From the NCBI GenBank assembly GCA_038874655.1, contig JAVZBY010000001.1, positions 68,997-132,996 on the forward strand: a stretch of 64,000 bases of DNA, written 5' to 3'. The position numbers and the translations under genes are program-made. Below, piece by piece: positions 61,639 to 64,000 of this stretch. The notes below the pieces were generated by a model. It ran no database searches and was not told where the DNA came from. It saw only the letters and a list, made by a program, of their open reading frames with translations. Every line of letters starts with the position of its first letter. The first letter of the stretch is position 1. The stretch comes from Candidatus Woesearchaeota archaeon (GTDB lineage Archaea > Nanobdellota > Nanobdellia > Woesearchaeales > GW2011-AR15).

Positions 61639-63345
61639 TTATATTGTTCTTTTATTTAAATATATTTTATGATTAATTAATCCAAAATAAGTACTATATT
61701 TTAGTTCTTTTAATAAAATTGTGTTATTTATTTTTTCTTGAGATATAAAATATTCTTCTTCTTCAATAAAAAGTCCTTTTTTTCCTGGTTTTGGCTCTTT
61801 ATTATTTGTGATATTATAGAAGTATTCTGATAAATAATATCCATTAAATTCAAAACCTCCATTTATTTTATAAGGACTAATGTTATTTTCTAATAGAAAA
61901 TTTAAAAGTTTCCATTTTGCATTGTTATAAACAAAGTAATCTTTTGTTGATATAATTGAAAAAAGAATGAAGAAAAATAAAAGAAAATAAAATACCTTTG
62001 AAAGTTTCTTTATATTTTTTATAAAAAAAATTATAATCCCTGGAAAAACAGGAATTAAATATCTGTCAAAAAAACCTGGTGTTATTATTATAAATAAAAA
62101 TTGAAAAAATGTCAATATATAAATGAAAATAATTTCATCTTTAAAGTTGAAAAGATTAATGTTTTTTGTTTTATGAGAAAAAAACAAATTGTCTTTTTCA
62201 GTTATAATCTTTTTTACAAATTTTATAAATAAAAAGATAAATAAAGATGCTGTAATTAAAATGAATAAATTTATAATGAATGTAAATATTTTAGGAATGT
62301 AGTTAAATGTGTAGATTAAACCAATTCCGTTAAAACTAAAAACACCTGTATAAGGAAGATCATTAAAAAAATTTTTATAAAGTATTATTCCTATATAAAG
62401 AAAAAGTGTTAAGAGAATTAAAAAAAATATATGATAATTTTTATTTTTTTGCTTTAAAAAAAGATTAGAATAACCTTTATCTGAAAAATAGGAATATATA
62501 AATGGACTAAAATAAAAGGAAATTATTAAAATTGATTGAAAAGAATAAACTATTATCCTTAATATGATTTTTATTGAAATTAATTGATTAGAAGAAAGTA
62601 AATATCTTGTTGTTGGTCCGTGTATAAAATAATACCAATAATAAAATAGAAAAAAAGTTATTATTGGTAAAAAACTTATTATTACAAAGTTTCTTATGTT
62701 TAATTTTCTATTTATGAATAAAAAAAATAATAAGGAAATAAAGATTAATATACCATTTTGTCTAATAAGAAATGCTATTGATGAAAAAAGAGAACCTAAT
62801 AATAAATATAGTGTGATTTTTTTTTTATATGTGTTATTATGTGTTTTTTTGTTTTTTTTATCTGTAAAAAAATTATCAAATTTGCTATCTAATTTTATGG
62901 CTTTAGTATAAAATAAAAGTGAGAGAATCATAAATGTTAGAAAAGGAATTTCGGTCATAAATGTAAAACTTAGAAAAAAATAAATTGGATTGAATAAAAG
63001 AAATATTGTTGCAATTAAAGATTTTTTTTGTGATATATTGAATTCTCTTAATAAAAAATAAAAAGATATTAAACAAATAAAACTTAAAATTAATGTACTA
63101 AACCTTAATGTTGTGAAAGAATATCCAAATATTTTTGAGAACATTCCACCATAAGTTATTTGAAAAACTAAGGTCATTGGAGACCATTGATTTAAAATTA
63201 ATTTATATTCATTTATTAAGTGTTTAACTGATAAAGAATGTGCCCAATCATCAGAAATTGGAAATTCTCCTATAGGTTTTACAATTATAATTGAAATAAT
63301 AAAAAGTAAAATTAAAATGGATATTTGGTTTTTTTCAGTTTTCAT
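61639..63345 (-). CDS. GT-C membrane glycosyltransferase (GT39/ArnT-like)
   Basis: DDW, FG.SF..LR, NP....LS.TFMTE.PF, RQ, DRYL.P; polytopic. Confidence 0.82.
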   Translation of the reverse strand: MKTEKNQISILILLFIISIIIVKPIGEFPISDDWAHSLSVKHLINEYKLILNQWSPMTLVFQITYGGMFSKIFGYSFTTLRFSTLILSFICLISFYFLLREFNISQKKSLIATIFLLFNPIYFFLSFTFMTEIPFLTFMILSLLFYTKAIKLDSKFDNFFTDKKNKKTHNNTYKKKITLYLLLGSLFSSIAFLIRQNGILIFISLLFFLFINRKLNIRNFVIISFLPIITFFLFYYWYYFIHGPTTRYLLSSNQLISIKIILRIIVYSFQSILIISFYFSPFIYSYFSDKGYSNLFLKQKNKNYHIFFLILLTLFLYIGIILYKNFFNDLPYTGVFSFNGIGLIYTFNYIPKIFTFIINLFILITASLFIFLFIKFVKKIITEKDNLFFSHKTKNINLFNFKDEIIFIYILTFFQFLFIIITPGFFDRYLIPVFPGIIIFFIKNIKKLSKVFYFLLFFFILFSIISTKDYFVYNNAKWKLLNFLLENNISPYKINGGFEFNGYYLSEYFYNITNNKEPKPGKKGLFIEEEEYFISQEKINNTILLKELKYSTYFGLINHKIYLNKRTI

Positions 63346-63485
63346 ATTCCTTTTTATCTATTTTATTTATTTCTAATTTATTTATTTTTAGTTTTTAATT
63401 AGAGATATAAAATTTTATTTAATATTATCTTTTATTTTTTAAATATGCAAAAAGATTTATAAGTAATTATTTTTTTTATTCTTGT

Positions 63486-64000
63486 ATGAGAAGCATTGTA
63501 ACTGGAGGGGCAGGCTTTATAGGAAGCCATTTGTGCGAAAGATTGTTAAAAGAAGGACATGATGTGATTTGTGTTGATAATTTGGGTTCTGGTAGAATTG
63601 AAAATATTAAACATTTACTTAAAAATCCAAAGTTTAGATTTATTAAGCATAATGTTATTGAACCTTTGCAATTAATTGAAGGAAAAGTTGATTGGATTTT
63701 TCATTTAGCTTCAAGAGCAAGCCCAAAGGATTATCAAGAGTATCCTGTTGAAACTGCATTAGCTAATTCTGTTGGAACTAATAGAATGATTGAATTAGCA
63801 TTAGATAAAAATGCTAAAATTTTATTTACTAGCACAAGTGAAGCTTATGGTGAGCCAAAGGAACACCCTCAAAAAGAAAGCTATTGGGGAAATGTTAATC
63901 CTGTTGGGATTAGAAGTTGTTATGATGAATCTAAAAGATTTGGTGAAGCATTGTTAATGGCTTATCATAGGGAATATAATGTAGATGTAAAAATAGTTAG
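63486..64000 (+). CDS. UDP-glucuronate decarboxylase / NAD-dependent epimerase (3'-truncated by window edge)
   Basis: MRSIVTGGAGFIGSHLC, FHLAS.ASP..Y, STSE.YG, YWGNVNP.G.RSCYDESKR; absent from ORF track because it has no stop in the window. Confidence 0.92.
   Translation, partial: MRSIVTGGAGFIGSHLCERLLKEGHDVICVDNLGSGRIENIKHLLKNPKFRFIKHNVIEPLQLIEGKVDWIFHLASRASPKDYQEYPVETALANSVGTNRMIELALDKNAKILFTSTSEAYGEPKEHPQKESYWGNVNPVGIRSCYDESKRFGEALLMAYHREYNVDVKIV

Overview
Very AT-rich, gene-dense archaeal chromosomal window. aIF5B, CDC48, RIO1, RadB, archaeal uS2, GGTGA ribosome-binding sites and a fermentative gene set suggest a DPANN archaeon, probably Woesearchaeota-like (inference). It holds about 65 CDSs covering translation/ribosome biogenesis, surface glycosylation, an ABC transporter, LDH/transaldolase, a minimal NiFe hydrogenase, a ThiF/SAMP/TtuA sulfur relay, a type IV pilus locus and an MNT-HEPN pair, plus an RNase P RNA gene. 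I saw no CRISPR array, rRNA, tRNA or transposase. Best leads: (1) a two-gene RelA/SpoT-like hydrolase + divergent synthetase module at 1853-4704, near a GlnD/DUF294-like nucleotidyltransferase; (2) a helically phased array of CATTAT(AT)AATG boxes at 40800-40954 directly behind a coiled-coil/HTH gene (origin- or centromere-like); (3) a candidate stand-alone small RNA carrying an anti-Shine-Dalgarno sequence at about 20267-20336; (4) a structured, possibly switchable leader upstream of rps2. All protein calls are motif recognition by eye, not database searches.
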